A stretch of 53,645 nt of DNA from the NCBI RefSeq assembly GCF_001194135.2, contig NC_068984.1, forward strand, positions 83,311,941 through 83,365,585, written 5' to 3'. Source of the DNA: Octopus bimaculoides. Lineage: Eukaryota. Position 1 is the first letter of the stretch. Every line of letters begins with the position of its first letter. Shown here piece by piece: positions 24,918 through 37,389 of this stretch. The notes under the pieces were generated by a model that searched no databases, had not been told where the DNA came from, and saw nothing but the letters and a program-made list of their open reading frames with translations. A program made the position numbers and the translations under genes.

Positions 24918-25977
24918 TCATATAATATCGTCTTGAATACATGTGATTAAAAAAAATTGGGATGGCTGTGACTCGCACGCCTTTGATTAAAGACCTACTC
25001 AGTCGGCGAGGAATTGGAACTAAACAACAACAACAGCAACAGCAGCAGCGCTATTTCTAATTTTNNNNNNNNNNNNNNNNNNNNNNNNNNNNNNNNNNNN
25101 NNNNNNNNNNNNNNNNNNNNNNNNNNNNNNNNNNNNNNNNNNNNNNNNNNNNNNNNNNNNNNNNNNNNNNNNNNNNNNNNNNNNNNNNNNNNNNNNNNNN
25201 NNNNNNNNNNNNNNNNNNNNNNNNNNNNNNNNNNNNNNNNNNNNNNNNNNNNNNNNNNNNNNNNNNNNNNNNNNNNNNNNNNNNNNNNNNNNNNNNNNNN
25301 NNNNNNNNNNNNNNNNNNNNNNNNNNNNNATATATATATATATATACATATATGCATATATAGAGAGGGAGACATACATCCCCATATATACATGTGTGTG
25401 CGTGTGTGTGTGTATGTGTGTGCGCGTGCGTATGTGTGTATATGTGTGTAATTGTATGCATGAATATTTTCTCTATATATTTCTAATAATTATTATATTT
25501 ATGTTATCTATATTGTTTTTATTGTTGTTCTTGTTCTTTTTTTTAATCTTTATCTCATTTCTATTTGAAAGATATCTAATCTATGCATTATGAAGAAAGG
25601 GAGGGGTGAAAATGATGAACCCTGATCGTAAATGGTTCTCAAACGGTCTGCTGCAAGAAGTAGGTTGTACGCCACGATATTTTTAACTTGCCATGCGGAG
25701 AGACTCAATAATTTTTAACTCATTAAACGTAGAAATTGGATATTACCGCTCAAAATTAGTTAACTGCGGAAAGCAGTTTTACTCAACAGCTTTAAAAAAT
25801 AAATTAAAATTATCCTGCGAGAAACGGAAGCATACTGTCTGATACTTTAGACGAAAGTCAATTTTTCAGAGTTTCTCAAATTTTTTTTCTCTCATATTTT
25901 ATCAAATATCTCTTTACAGAGGGAGAGTCAAATACAGTTAGTGGTGGATATGAAAACCATACTAACAGGAGATACTT

Positions 25978-26262
25978 CATTATCGTTCTCTTTTGGTGAA
26001 CCGCTAAGTTACGGGGACGTAAACACACCACCATCGGTTGTCAAGCGATGTTGGGTGACAAACACAGACACACAAACATATACACACACATACATACATA
26101 TATACATATATACGACGGGCTTCTTTCTACCAAATCCACTCACAAGGCTTTGGTTGGCCCGAGGCTATAGTAGAAGACACTAGCCCAAGGTGTCACGCAG
26201 TGGGAATGAACCCGGAACCATGTGGTTGGTAGGCAAGCTACTTACCACACAGTCACTCCTGC
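25978..26262 (-). mobile_element. SINE family A, head and middle, 3' tail missing
   Basis: Reverse complement of 17430-17790. Followed by (GATA)n at 26265-26324. Confidence 0.93.
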
Positions 26263-26266
26263 ATAT

Positions 26267-26326
<60 letters not shown>

Positions 26327-27214
26327 CGTCATTACGAGAATGACCATGAAATTTAATTACTCAGTCAATTATATTTTAAAATTTTCATTCGAAGTATGCA
26401 AGTAATTTTTGACTTCCGATAAGAAGAGCACCAATAATTGCTCTACTTGATCTTTAGTGGACCAAGAAGTAAAAAAAAATATCTACCAAGAACCATCACA
26501 ATAAGGAGTTGGTGGTATGTTACAAATAGTAGCTAAGTGTCCTTCTTGTTACTCTTACTCTCTTTAATGAAAATAGGGGGGAAGGAAGGACATTGGATAA
26601 TATAGTCTAAGATAAATTATTTCTCAGCATAAAAAACGAAGACGGGATGCAGACGGCTGATGTACCGTTGATCGAAGTTCTACAGAATTTGAGCCAAAGT
26701 GGGGTTAAAGAAAGATAACATATATTGGCGGGAGGGGGGTTATGGTCGTATTAAAGATGGTGGGATCGGTAGTGGGAATGATAGGAATTGTTTAGTGGCA
26801 ACAGTGGTTGTAGTGTTGTGGTGATTAGCAATGATGGAACTACTACAAGTATGATAATTGCCAAAGTGCGCCTATCGATGGTCGTGGAACCGATGTATTT
26901 ACGGTGGTAATATTGTCGTACTAATTTTGCGGTGGTGGCGATAGTGGTGATGTTTGGAAGAATCTGCAAATGGCGAGCAGACAGCAGAATTCGGTTGCAC
27001 TCTGTTGCATCTTGAGCTCGAATCGCATTCAGATTTTCTTTACCATCCTTTTCTGAAGTCAATAAATTTACATGCTGGTGTGGGGGTGTAATCAACTATA
27101 CCCTCCAGTAAGATGCTCCATAATCTTCAAGTCATTCTTTGAAAAGCAGTCAGATTCAATGCAAAATGTATGCCAAGGCTAAGCTCTCATATTACAAGTG
27201 CAACGCATCCTGCA

Positions 27215-27368
27215 AGCTTCCTCACATTTTTCTTTGTTCTCAGTTTTACCCACTAGGTTCGCGGCGATTCGAGGCTATGATAAAAGATACACACCCAAGA
27301 AGCTGCACATTGGGATCGAACCCGAAATGGCATATTTACAAAGTAAACACTTTTACCATACAGCCATA
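27215..27368 (-). mobile_element. Degenerate SINE head (family A-like)
   Basis: cgaggctatgataaaagatacacacccaag...gggatcgaacccgaa...ttttaccatacagcca. Confidence 0.65.
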
Positions 27369-27454
27369 ATGTCACAAAGTTCTTGTTTTAGTCTGTGCTT
27401 CCTAAGTTAGGAAAAAACAACTTTTGCCATCATTCTTCGTTTCCATTAATGATC

Positions 27455-27640
27455 GCGTGCTGGTAGAATCGCTAGAGCATCGGGATAAAATTATACGTGG
27501 TATTTGCTGCGATTCTTTACTTTCTAAGTTCAAATCACAGCGCTCTAAACTTTGCCTTTCATCCCACCGGGATCGATGTTATCGACTAACACCCACCTCC
27601 CATCAAAATTGTTGAGTTTGTATCTAAATCAGAAACCATT
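27455..27640 (+). mobile_element. Degenerate SINE family C with an internal deletion
   Basis: ctggtagaatcgctag...aagttcaaatc...actttgcctttcatcc. Confidence 0.7.
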
Positions 27641-28199
27641 CTTTGGATCCATTTAGAAAATATTCGATCTCAACATCAATGTATTGATCTCAACAGTTCG
27701 GCCAAGCCAATGACCGTCATGATATTGCGCTTCCTCTTGACTTGGTGGTGGTGGTGGTGGTGGTGATGATAGTGACGGTAGTGATGGTGGAGGTGATGGC
27801 GGTGACGGTGGTAGGAGTGGGGTCGTACCGGTAGTAATTGTGGTTGTTGTTGTTGTTGTGGAAGTGGTGGGGTCATAAAAGTTATTATGGTAAGAATCAG
27901 AAGAGAGAGGTCTTGATAGTGGTTCACGTAATTATACCCTGTATTTAGTCAAAAGTACGCCTTTATTCATCACACGCACGCGCACGCGCGCACACGCACA
28001 CGGGTATATATATATACATCCATACATACATACTAACAGACATACAACATGCATACGTACTTACATACATATGCACGTGCGTGTATTCGCGCTTATACAC
28101 ACACCAGTTGAAACAAATAGACACCATGTTAAACTTCCATAAACATGTATGAATACGTGTACTATTGAATACAAGTAACATGTAGGCACACACAGCCGC

Positions 28200-28272
28200 T
28201 CTTCCTTTCTGTCTCTTTTTTCTATTCCCCTTTTACTCTCTCCTTCACCCTTTCTCTCCCCTCTCCCTTTCT

Positions 28273-28305
<33 letters not shown>

Positions 28306-28560
28306 TATCTCTCTCACACTCTTTTTTTCTATCTACCTCTCTCTCTATTTCTCTTTCTTTATCTACTTCTATCTCTATTTTTCTCTCTGCCGCTGTCTCT
28401 CTCTCTCTCTCTCTCTATCTTTCTATCCATCTATCTCTGTCTGTCTGTCTCTCTCTCTCTCTGAATCTCTCTCTCTGAATCTCTCTCTCTGAATCTATCT
28501 ATCTATCTATCTATATATCTATCTGTCTATCTATCTTTCTGTCACTCTCTTTTTCCTGAA
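28200..28560. repeat. Polypyrimidine (CT/CTTT/CTAT) low-complexity tract
   Basis: Direct reading. Confidence 0.9.
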
Positions 28561-28767
28561 CAAATACACTTGCTCTCACGAATAAACATACAAAGCTACC
28601 CTCTCAAAAAAGAGATATACACACAAATATTCATACAGATATAAACATACAGGCAAACTTACAGACGGGCATACAGAGACTGATACACATACCGAGAGAC
28701 TCAGAGAGGCTGACACCTAAACGCAAACAGATTCTCATTCACAGGCAAATGCACACACATACATAAT

Positions 28768-28798
<31 letters not shown>

Positions 28799-29150
28799 TG
28801 CAAGCGCGCGCAAACAGAAGCCGACTCACACAGCGAGAACACAGACATAGACGCAAGCATGCTCGCACGCGCACACTTATGCGCATGACTACACACATAA
28901 ACATGTACATCCACAGAGCCGTATGCGTAGTAACTGTAAATACGCCAATCGATATTTTCGTTTATTGGTTGTTGTTGGGGAGGTGGGGGATGCCTACTCC
29001 CCTCCTCCCCACTTCCCTTCTGTATCGTTTCCTAGCTTCATTATTTGATTAAGTCTACAATGAAAGATAAATAAATGTTTGTTTGTTTGTTTTTTTCTGA
29101 CAGCATTTCTCAATGCAATAATAATAATAACAACAACACAAATAACAATA

Positions 29151-29325
29151 ATCCTTTCTACTGAAAGCAGAATGTCTGAAATTTGTAGGGAGGAGACTAG
29201 CCGATTACATTGACCCAGTGTTTCACTGGTACTTAATTCATCGACTCTGAAAGGATGAAAGGCAAAGTCAACCGCAGAGGAATTTGAACTCTGTACGTAA
29301 AGATGGACAAAATGCCGCTAAGCAT
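29151..29325 (-). mobile_element. SINE family C
   Basis: ctggtacttaattcatcgactctgaaaggatgaaaggcaaagtcaaccgcagaggaatttgaactc. Confidence 0.85.
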
Positions 29326-29505
29326 GATCATGATGATGATGATGAAGACGACGGCATCAACGACTGCGAAGGTGGTGGTGGTGGCAACGACGACCATGAT
29401 AACGCTATGTAAAAACGGTCATCTCTCTGGTTATAAGCATTCAATTTTTAATTGAATTTATGAAGGAAATTTTAGCACCCCACTTTGAGAAACACTGCTC
29501 TAGAC

Positions 29506-29557
29506 AGAGTTTCCTTTTACCCATAGTCGTACTTTAGAGTTTCCTTTTAGCCATAGT
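29506..29557. repeat. 22-bp direct repeat, period 30, one mismatch, next to an isolated hAT-like TIR (ccccactttgagaaacactg, about 29478-29497)
   Basis: agagtttccttttacccatagt / agagtttccttttagccatagt. Confidence 0.85.
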
Positions 29558-30017
29558 TCACTATACACTGACAGCTTAACTTATGTTTTCTTGACACCAT
29601 CGGACTATAATCAATATGTTTGTTTGTTTTTTTCTTTCTTTTCATTACACCAATTAAAAACATTTTTTATATAGATTAAACGATTATCGATAAATTAATT
29701 TATTTAATAAAGCAGCTGGTTTTCTGCAATTAACCTTGGATAGCTTTTTGCGAACATTTTCCTTTAAGATCTACTAAGAACATGAGAATATTTGTTTAGA
29801 GGGAATTTTGAAAGTGCGAGGCTTCAGTTGGGCCTTTATTCCAGGCGATCGCCACAACTGTAAAATAAACTAACTTAATTTTGTGACTGTTCGACAAGAT
29901 GTCGCTTATTGGGTGGGCTACGTTCACGAATATTTGTAAGTGCTGAAGATATACATGCAGGTCAAACAAACCAGCAGATAAACATACATACAGGCATACA
30001 GAGAAACATACAAACAC

Positions 30018-30101
<84 letters not shown>
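30018..30101. repeat. (GATA)n microsatellite
   Basis: Direct reading. Confidence 0.98.
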
Positions 30102-30103
<2 letters not shown>

Positions 30104-31658
30104 GCTGAAAGAGTTCATCGAGTGAAAACGTGAGTAATAGATTGTTAGGTAGGTATGTAAATAGAATAGATAGACTGATAGCTAGGTATGGAGATAAGGA
30201 GATAGTTTTACAGGTAGATAGTTAGGTAGGTAGTCTATCAAAATGAAAGCTACGAAAGTATAAGGCTAATAAATATCTTGGTAATTAAGATAATGACAAG
30301 GCTTCTGTATGTATCAAAACATCAAACGCAGATTTAGTAATGTCAGTCGCTTGTGGAGAATGCCACCACCTACATCTTAATGATTCTGTTGCAACTATGA
30401 TGTGTGTATTTGTCTGAGCGTAGAACTGCGTAACAGAATGTGACAGAGAGAAAGAGAGAGAGTATAAGGGGAAAATCACACAGAGAGAAGACAAGAAATG
30501 ATAAACAGACATACTGACATACTAACGGACATAATGAAAGGCAACAGAACAATGACTGACAGAGCAACAACAGAAGGATAACAGTAAAGAAAGACAGAGA
30601 GGCAAAGGAAAAGTGATTAAGAAAAAAAGATTTATAGAAACATTGGTAGAGACATGGAAATATACACATTCGGAGATTGTATTCTAGTATTTATGTATTT
30701 ATGTATTATCAAAAGATCTTCACTAATGTATCTAATCTATGGATAAGTCCTCGATCAACTCCAAATCCCATTGAAACACTCCTTATAATTTCGCTTTCTG
30801 CAATAACTAGCACTAACTATCGCTGCAACAAGTAGTAAAGTAGTTCTTCAAGTAGTCTTGGAATGTCTATTTGCTAGTTTCCATATTGCTGCAACTATTT
30901 GTAAATAGGGAAAAAAACACAATTTTTAATCTTTTTTCCTTCTGCTAATTATCTATAATTTAATTAAGGCAGTTGGTGGAATTTCAAGACTGAAACAGAA
31001 AGTGTTTATCACTGTGGGAAAGAGTATTAATCACATATAGTCGACACTTTCTTATTGTTTATCACACATAGTGGGGAACTAATTATAGATAACTCATCAC
31101 ACTGATACCTTAAGACAACATATGTAGTTTAGCTTTAATATAATCATATTTTATTTCTGAGATGGTGAGATTCCAGCATGTCCAAGACTGATGAGGTCCA
31201 CATGGTGGTGGTGGTGGTGGTGGTGGTGGTAGTGGTGGTAGTGGTGAGTTTTAACATAGAATAAGTTGCCGAAATCACAGTGTAGCCCATAATTAAAACT
31301 GAAACCCGTATCAAACAACAAAACTCAGCAAGACTGCTGATGAACCATAAGATCAAAGGCTTTTATCTACTTTACCACACGTGAATGTACGCATCATATA
31401 ATGGTGTGAGTCCTACCCTGAAATAGTACGAAAAGCTAACTTTGGATCTGAACTCATAACCTGTCAGCTGGCTGTCTAATATCTTATCTAACCTCTTGTC
31501 TCATCTTTATCGCCGATATAAGGTGTTTGTAAAAAACAAAAATATTCATCGCTGAGTTTACACATTTTTTTTTTTCATATTTATAGTATATTCTTCGGCT
31601 GCTTTCAAGCACTATGTGAATTTGTGTGTGCGCGTGCGTGCGTGCGTGCGTGTGTGTA

Positions 31659-32270
31659 TGAGTGGGTGAGTAGGTAAGTGAGCGAGTGACTGAGTGAGTT
31701 TGTGTGTGTATGTTTGTATGAGTGAATGGGTAAGTGAGTGAGTGAGTGAGTGAGTGAGTGAGTGAATGAGTGAGTGAGTGAATGGGTGAGTGAGTGAGTG
31801 AGTGAGTGAGTGAGTGAGTGAGTGAGTGAATGAGTGAGTGAGTCAATGGGTAAGTGAGTGAGTGAGTGAGTGAGTGAGTGAATGAGTGAGTGAGTGAGTG
31901 AGTGAGTGTNNNNNNNNNNNNNNNNNNNNNNNNNNNNNNNNNNNNNNNNNNNNNNNNNNNNNNNNNNNNNNNNNNNNNNNNNNNNNNNNNNNNNNNNNNN
32001 NNNNNNNNNNNNNNNNNNNNNNNNNNNNNNNNNNNNNNNNNNNNNNNNNNNNNNNNNNNNNNNNNNNNNNNNNNNNNNNNNNNNNNNNNNNNNNNNNNNN
32101 NNNNNNNNNNNNNNNNNNNNNNNNNNNNNNNNNNNNNNNNTGAGTGAATGGGTAAGTGAGTGAGTGAGTGAGTGAGTGAGTGAGTGAATGAGTGAGTGAG
32201 TGGGTAAGTGAGTGAGTGAGTGAGTGAGTGAGTGAGTGAGTGAATGAGTGAGTGAGTGAGTGAGTGAGTG
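31659..32270. repeat. (GAGT)n microsatellite with gaatg and gggtaagt variants, spanning a gap
   Basis: Direct reading on both sides of gap 31910-32140. Confidence 0.97.
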
Positions 32271-32701
32271 TTAGATCGCTCTGTGAGTGCTGTTGATGAC
32301 ATGTAATCCTTTGTAAGCTCTGGCATGATCGGGATGTCAGTGACTAAAATAGCCCTCCTCGCCAGGCTACCTGATACCTGTGAAAGAAAGGGATGGATGA
32401 ATCCAGTTTGAGTTCAGCGACTGTTGAGCAACAACGCACGGACTTTAAGATTCTGAACAACTGCCCTGCCAAATCTGTTGAACAAAGGCTAGCTTCCGTT
32501 TCCGCTAAAATATGTCTATAGGGGTTTGTATCACTCGGATCTTTCGTTTTGGTAATGATTGACGTTGTTGTGCGGTGAAGCTCTTCCTACGGAAATTTTG
32601 CACGGCCATCGCCGCTGAGTTTGAATTTGCTTCTATTACGAATATTTTTCCAATTGGTGATGCCTGTCATACTCCTTCAACACACACCCGTGTGCACGCA
32701 T

Positions 32702-32735
<34 letters not shown>

Positions 32736-33032
32736 ATATGTGCTCTGGTTGGTAATATAATTGTCATTGTTATTGCTGTCATCATGGAACTTACATTGCC
32801 TTGGGGGTTATTACATTTTCCTCTAACCTCTCTATTGTGCATATAAGTGTGGTTGCATGCGTGTGTGTGTGCGGTGGGCTCTTTGAATATGTAAAGGATC
32901 TCACCACATCGACCATTTATCTATCTTTTTTTCATACCATCTTACTACTTCACACTCTGTTACATTCTATCTGCTATACCATTGATATTAATACACATAT
33001 ATATGTATATGTATGTACACATGTGTGTGCGA

Positions 33033-33125
<93 letters not shown>

Positions 33126-33661
33126 TATATAAATACATACATAAATAAATAAATAGAATACATATATTTTTGTTGTGTCTTGGGAGTCGTTACGCCACTA
33201 ATAACAGACGCACAGGTTCAATTTCCCTTCTTTATTATTAATCAGTTGGTTATGTATCTATCCAACTAAGTAGCTGATCGTTTTTTTTACCGTGTTAGCT
33301 AAACAGTCGATCGGTTTGTTAACCTTTTCAGTGACTGGTGTGCAAACGGCAACGAAAGAACCTATTGACGTAATGACTCTACCAAGACACAACAAAATTT
33401 GTTTCTTGATGGAATTCTCATCAAGAATATAGCAAACCAATTACATACATATACATGTACATATAAACTCTCATACACAAACACATACATATATTCCCAG
33501 AGAATATCGACTCATTTTTTCTATTAATCATATGGTTGAAGAAAGTGTATTTTTGTAGAATGGTGTTACCTGAAAAAGACCGGAGAACATAACTGTTGAA
33601 ATGAAGTGTAAATAAATTCAAACATGAGATATAGTTCTAGGATCAATATTTACTACATTTC

Positions 33662-33850
33662 GAGGGGGCGATCTGCTAGAATCGTTAGCTTAGTAGTATT
33701 TTATTCGTCTTTACGTTCTGAGTTCAAATTCTGCCAATGTCAACTTTGCCTTTCATAATTTCAGGGTCGATGAAATAAGTTCCAGTAGACAACTGGAGTC
33801 CATGTAATCTCCCCAACATTACTGGTCTTGTGCCAAAATTTGAAACGAAT
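33662..33850 (+). mobile_element. SINE family C
   Basis: ctagaatcgttagc...tcgtctttacgttctgagttcaaattctgccaatgtcaactttgcctttcat...gggtcgatgaaataag. Confidence 0.85.
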
Positions 33851-34460
33851 ATATACTACATCTTACGATAAGTCTATAGGGATTTAGATTATGTTAGTAT
33901 CTGTAATCATACTTGTGCGCGGGTGCAGATAAATAGCAATGTCAATTTTCTGTTTCTTTGTGTGTGTGCACGTGTTTGTGAGTGTGTGTGTGTGTGCGTG
34001 TGTGCGTGTGTGCGTGTGTGCGTGTGTGCGCGCGCTTGCGTGTGTGTAAACGTGAATGCATTCTTATTTCTTTATTTGAGATTATCCAGCAATAGAGTGC
34101 CAACCAGGCCATAATAACAATTTGACAGATTCTTAGACAGAAATGTAGCAAAAATCTTGCATATTTACAATTTTTCCGTTTAAGTAGGGATTTTGCAAAA
34201 TACTCTATGAATACATGGATATACAAAAAAAAATGTGTGCGTTGTTGTTTTTTCTGTGTGCGTTAAGGAATAAACAGATACATACATGTGCATATACAAA
34301 TTTAACGCTTACAAAATATAAAAATTACAAATATAAATAATACTTGCAAACAAAGCGAGTTTCACCATTTTTTTTTCTAGTCCGTTTTATCAGTAGCAAA
34401 TTATCTTAAATAACCACTTACCTATAAAAGGAAGAAGAAAGTAATATTAATAATAGTTGT

Positions 34461-34461
<1 letters not shown>

Positions 34462-34540
<79 letters not shown>
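34462..34540. repeat. (TAA)n microsatellite
   Basis: Direct reading. Confidence 0.98.
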
Positions 34541-34738
34541 TTTCTTTGGCACAGGAGCAATACATAAAAAAAACATTTTAATACGATAGTGAATGCAAAA
34601 CATTTAGGAAAGTACACAAATCTTGAATGCGCAAACGCCTTAATTATATAATACGTATCCTAAAGTTATATAGTTATACATACATACATACATACATACA
34701 CACGCATATATACATACATACATACATACATACATACA

Positions 34739-34770
<32 letters not shown>

Positions 34771-35799
34771 CACATACACACATGCATACTAATACATATA
34801 TATATATATTTATACATACATATATATATAATTGCATTCACACATTACACACGCACACATATTCATATGTATATTCTCAAATATACGCTATAATGCGAGA
34901 CAAGCCAACAAGGGAGTATTTAAGTGGTCTCTGGTCCTACAACTAATAGCAGCAAAATAATTCTCAAGTTACATCCTATCGATTGAAAAAAAAAAAATGA
35001 AGGGCACATATGAAAATGTAATCCTAGATGCGAAAGAAGAACACATACGACAATTTAGTCCTCGTAGACAAAAATGTTGTATGGTCTTCGTGAGAACGTC
35101 TTTTGTCAAGTTTCTGATCAGAATTGCTTATGGACTAAGCAACAAGACCAACATCAACAACATAATACAAGAATAATGAAAATGTTATGGGCAACCAACA
35201 TAAAATGGCCTAAAATATTGTTATGTCTCAAGCTACTGCTATCTAGCACCTTCGGATGATCTCTACTCAACCGCTAACCGACAGCTACTCAACAGTCACT
35301 CAACTCCTCTACCACGGCTAGACAACCTCTGTATGTCTTGGGCGATCCTACTTCTTCGCTTGGGGGCGTCGACACAACAAATATAAAAAAGCGTTTCAAG
35401 GAATCCCAAAAGTTCGACCATCATTCACTCGAGGCATATGACTTCTCTTCACTCTTGTACGTTTATTAAACTGCATGGTTATTTCTACCACAATTTCATA
35501 CAGTTGACTGAAGAGCAATAATTCTCTTCTCCAACTTCACCTACTGCTTCATATGGTACTTCAAAAGGTTGATAAATGTTTGATCGGACATGAAATGCCA
35601 CCTTACTGATGATGATGATGATGATGATGATGATGACTTGCAATTTTTGACACAAAGCCAGTAGTCTTAGTTGGAGGAAATTAGTTAATTACATCGATCC
35701 TATTACTAAACTGGTACTTTATTTTATCAAACCTGAAAGAATGAAAAGCAAAGTTGATCTTGGTGGTATTTAAAATAAGAAAGTAATTACTTAAAAAGC

Positions 35800-36400
35800 C
35801 GTTACAAGTGAAAATATCCGGTTGGAAAACCTGCTCCTAGATTCTGCTTAATCATAGATATGAGTCTGGGTCGAGAGAAATGTATCAAAAATACAACGAG
35901 GTAAATCAAGTAAAACTGAGAACACAGAAATAGTGACATAGACACAGAAGTCAAAGAATTAGACCAAATTTATCCATAAAAAATCATTAAAAGTAGATGC
36001 AAGTGATTGGAGACACCCAGTAATGACGGAGAAAATTATTAAAAACGTAATTCGAAAGAGTGAAACTAAAATGAAAAGTTGGTCAGTACTAGAAAGAAGT
36101 TAAAATGTGTAAATTGCCGAGCCAATGCAGTTATAAACTACATATTCAACATTATAAACTGGAGTTTAAGTAAAATAAGAGCTTAAATAGGAAGTACTCT
36201 TGCGCTCCGAACCCACCACTCCAGCAATGCTATATACAGAATATCCCTACCTTGTGCGCAAAAAGAATGGAGTCTGACACAAACAGGTAATGACTACAAA
36301 ATAACTACAGTGGTTTTAGAAAAATAATTAAAAGTAATCAATCAAATGAAAATTGGTTGGTGTATAACAGAAACATTCAAAAACTATTTTCTACATAAAG
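35800..36400 (+). pseudogene. Second R4/Dong-type retrotransposon remnant (late RT/thumb region)
   Basis: IDMSLGREKC (about 35855-35884; cf. IxMxFGLDKC), DIDTEVKELDQ (35935), AVINYIFNIINWSLSKI (36127; cf. PVxxYSFxIINW), HHSSNAIYRISLPCAQKEWSLTQTGNDYKITTVVLEK (36214; cf. HHPKADIERLYLPRxxGGRGL). Confidence 0.8.
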
Positions 36401-37389
36401 AAAATAAAGATACGACAAAATAAAGACTGCAAACTAACTTCATTGAAATAAAATATATAAATGAATAACATCGAAACAACAGAAAAGAATAAAAAGAAAG
36501 AAACAATCGACAAAAGTAAAACTGAATTCCAACATATACTGATGGTAAAAAAAAATGAACTGAAAAGTCATTCCGTCGCTAATATCCCACAGGACGCGAT
36601 AGGAAGGAAATAAGACAGAGTGAAAGACAGCTATTTAAAACGAACAGCGGAAGTGAGTTTTATTTTAGCTGCTGAGGATTCAAAACCTAATCGCAAACAA
36701 TGCAACATAAAATGATAACTTCTAGACTAGGGAAGCGTTTTATCGATTATATCAACCATAGTACTTGACTTGTATTTTATTATCAATTGCAATATGATAG
36801 AAGTTAAAGTTGACTTCGAGTAAAACAGATCGCAGAACAAAAGAGCCCTAAATTAATACTGCATTCTATTTTGTCTGATAGTGTAACGAATCTTTTAATC
36901 AAACAGCCGACAAAAATAAAATATTAGGAAAAATTCTAACATCAAGTGTTAGAAAGATGGCGGAGAAAAATGTCAAAGTTCGAAGCTCTTGAAACTGAAT
37001 AAGTATGACATGAAAAAAACCGTAATAATTGTTATCAAGGTATGACAAAGACGAACATGAATAAAAACATAGATATCATATTAGGTTTCACAACGTTACA
37101 CCCTGTCGAACAACAACCCATGCTAAGCACAGCTTGTATCATATGCAAGACTTCCACTTTAATAGCACAACTCAAACAGCACACTGCACTCAAAACGTGC
37201 CCTGTAAAGTAACATATCTCACACAACGCATTTTGCAGAAAATTGCTCCAGGTAATACAGCACATCACAATAGCCTATGGCAGTAATATCGCACACACTT
37301 CTCATTGTACATAGTCTGCACAACTCACGTAAAGATGTTAACATCACCATCACCATTAGAATTCCTAACATTGACAGCTAAACGGAGTG

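Noticed and set aside
27044-27052. 9-nt minus-strand microexon candidate (ttcag|AAAAGGATG|gtaaag)
   Set aside because: Short tract and mediocre donor, with no independent support.
31377-31418. 42-nt minus-strand exon candidate reading GLTPLYDA (ankyrin-like)
   Set aside because: It overlaps a decayed family C SINE, has a weak donor and lacks the rest of the ankyrin consensus.
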